Both the position numbers and the translations under genes were made by a program. Shown here piece after piece: positions 62,705-64,000 of a stretch of 64,000 nt of DNA. Each line of letters begins with the position of its first letter. The stretch's first letter is position 1. Source of the DNA: Camelus dromedarius (taxonomy: Eukaryota); the NCBI RefSeq assembly GCF_036321535.1, contig NC_087438.1, positions 11,100,001 through 11,164,000 on the forward strand, in the 5' to 3' direction. Below the pieces are notes generated by a model. That model worked only from the letters and a program-made list of their open reading frames with translations. It was not told the origin of the DNA and did not search any database.

Positions 62705-64000
62705 GAGGTTAGGGAGCCTGGTGTGCAGGGGTGATTTTCAACATTAAAAAGGATGATTAGGGAATACAGCACGACTCATTTCCGTGTTCTCCTGCTGATG
62801 GCATTTGATGGCATTTTGAGACCATTGTGAGCACTGCTTTATGTGTCTTCGGCTGCGAGGTACAGAGTACCTCTCAGGTATATATTCCTATGAGGTGGGA
62901 CTGCTGAATTTTGCCAAAATGCCAAATGGTTTTTCACTGATAGTGATTCGTTCGTCTTCGCATCTTCAGAACCTAGCACCGTGCGTGGCACAGAGTTGGG
63001 CTAATATTTGCTTGAGTAAGTAGAACTTCATGGTAGAAACAAGAGCAGCAGGGGTGGACGTTCCAAATCTACTTCATCATATTAACTAGGCTCTGCTGTC
63101 TAGCTGTTGGACCTCGCATGAAAAGCAGAAACCGGCCCCTCCGTTTGTCTTCTGTGCTAAACCGTTCTCAGGGGGCGCCTTCTGACATTTGCCGAGTTCA
63201 TGCTGGCTGGGACAGTTGGAATTGCTAAAGCCTCTTTACCAATGAAGGAACGCTGCAAATAGATTCTAGCTGTTTATTGCAAGTGTTTCTCACTCTCTTG
63301 CTTGAAACTGCCCTCGAAGAAGCCAGATTCTCTTTATAGGATGTCATTCCCCGCTCTGCTCTGTGCTCTGGGCTTCTGAGGCCTGCCCAAGGAGAGTGTG
63401 CTCCAGCATCCCATGTGGAATCAGAAGTCTCGACTTGAACTTGCCCTTTTGAACATTCCTGTCCGGCTGATGTTTTGGCAAGCCGAATGTTAACACTTTA
63501 AAACTGATCCTTGCTTGCTTGTGGAAAATGAATCTAAGGTACTTGGGGAATTATTTGGACTTGGGAAGGCTTGATGCCTCATAAAATGAAGTTCTGGACT
63601 GAAATACCCTTGAAATATGTCAAGCCTCAGAGTTGTGTCTGTGCTTTCTAAATATTTGAAATAAAAATGGGTGGTTATACCCAGTCACTTTGTGTACGAG
63701 TGTCTCCTCATGGTTTAAAATGTCCAGTCTCAGCATTTAAAATAAATAAATTCATTTCTTATGAAACCCTTTTTATTCCTCCTGGTTACCATATTTAGCA
63801 GATGAATTGGGAGTGCTTTTTTTTTTTTTAAACAGTCCTCATTCTTTCCGACATATATTGAACTGTTTAGCTACTAGCTAACTTTTCTTCATTAAAAGTT
63901 GGGATAAAATATTCTGCCTATCACAGGGTTCTTGGCATGTAAGTTACAAGATTCCTGTGTAGGTTTCTCTCTCCTCCATCATAGCAAAAGTCATCATGTG

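Larger units (their letters stand above)
11469..64000 (+). other. FBXL7: FBXL7 intron 1 (partial; continues past window end)
   Basis: Starts with GTGAGT. No sequence encoding the expected next residues (KGSSSISSDVSSST...) was found. Human intron 1 is >100 kb as I recall. Confidence 0.85.

Noticed and set aside
63340..63538. Candidate internal exon (TCTCTTTATAG|G ... AAG|GTACTT)
   Set aside because: It does not encode FBXL7 sequence, has an in-frame stop when joined to exon 1, and the donor is weak.

Overview
Mammalian nuclear DNA, most likely camelid, since it carries two Vic-1-type tRNA-derived SINEs and artiodactyl-type L1 3' ends. It contains the 5' end of FBXL7 (F-box and leucine-rich repeat protein 7) on the + strand. 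There are ~10.6 kb of repeat-rich upstream sequence, then a CpG-island promoter and first exon (~10.65-11.7 kb). The coding part of that exon is 37 nt (11432-11468, MGANNGKQYGSE/G) and ends at an AGG|GTGAGT donor. The remaining ~52.5 kb is intron 1; I did not find exon 2 in the window. The rest is interspersed repeats (L1, L2, L3, MIR, MaLR/ERVL/ERV1 solo LTRs, hAT-Charlie MERs) and microsatellites, and all other ORFs in the track look spurious. I see no evidence of a novel multi-gene system. The most interesting items are: a stacked uORF/overlapping-ORF arrangement with an AUGA stop-start and a G-quadruplex in the FBXL7 leader; a tailless retrocopy of a 5' half of tRNA-Glu(CTC) with a perfect 16-bp TSD; and several DNA repair or template-switch scars. 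Repeat family names come from recalled consensus similarity, and repeat boundaries are approximate.
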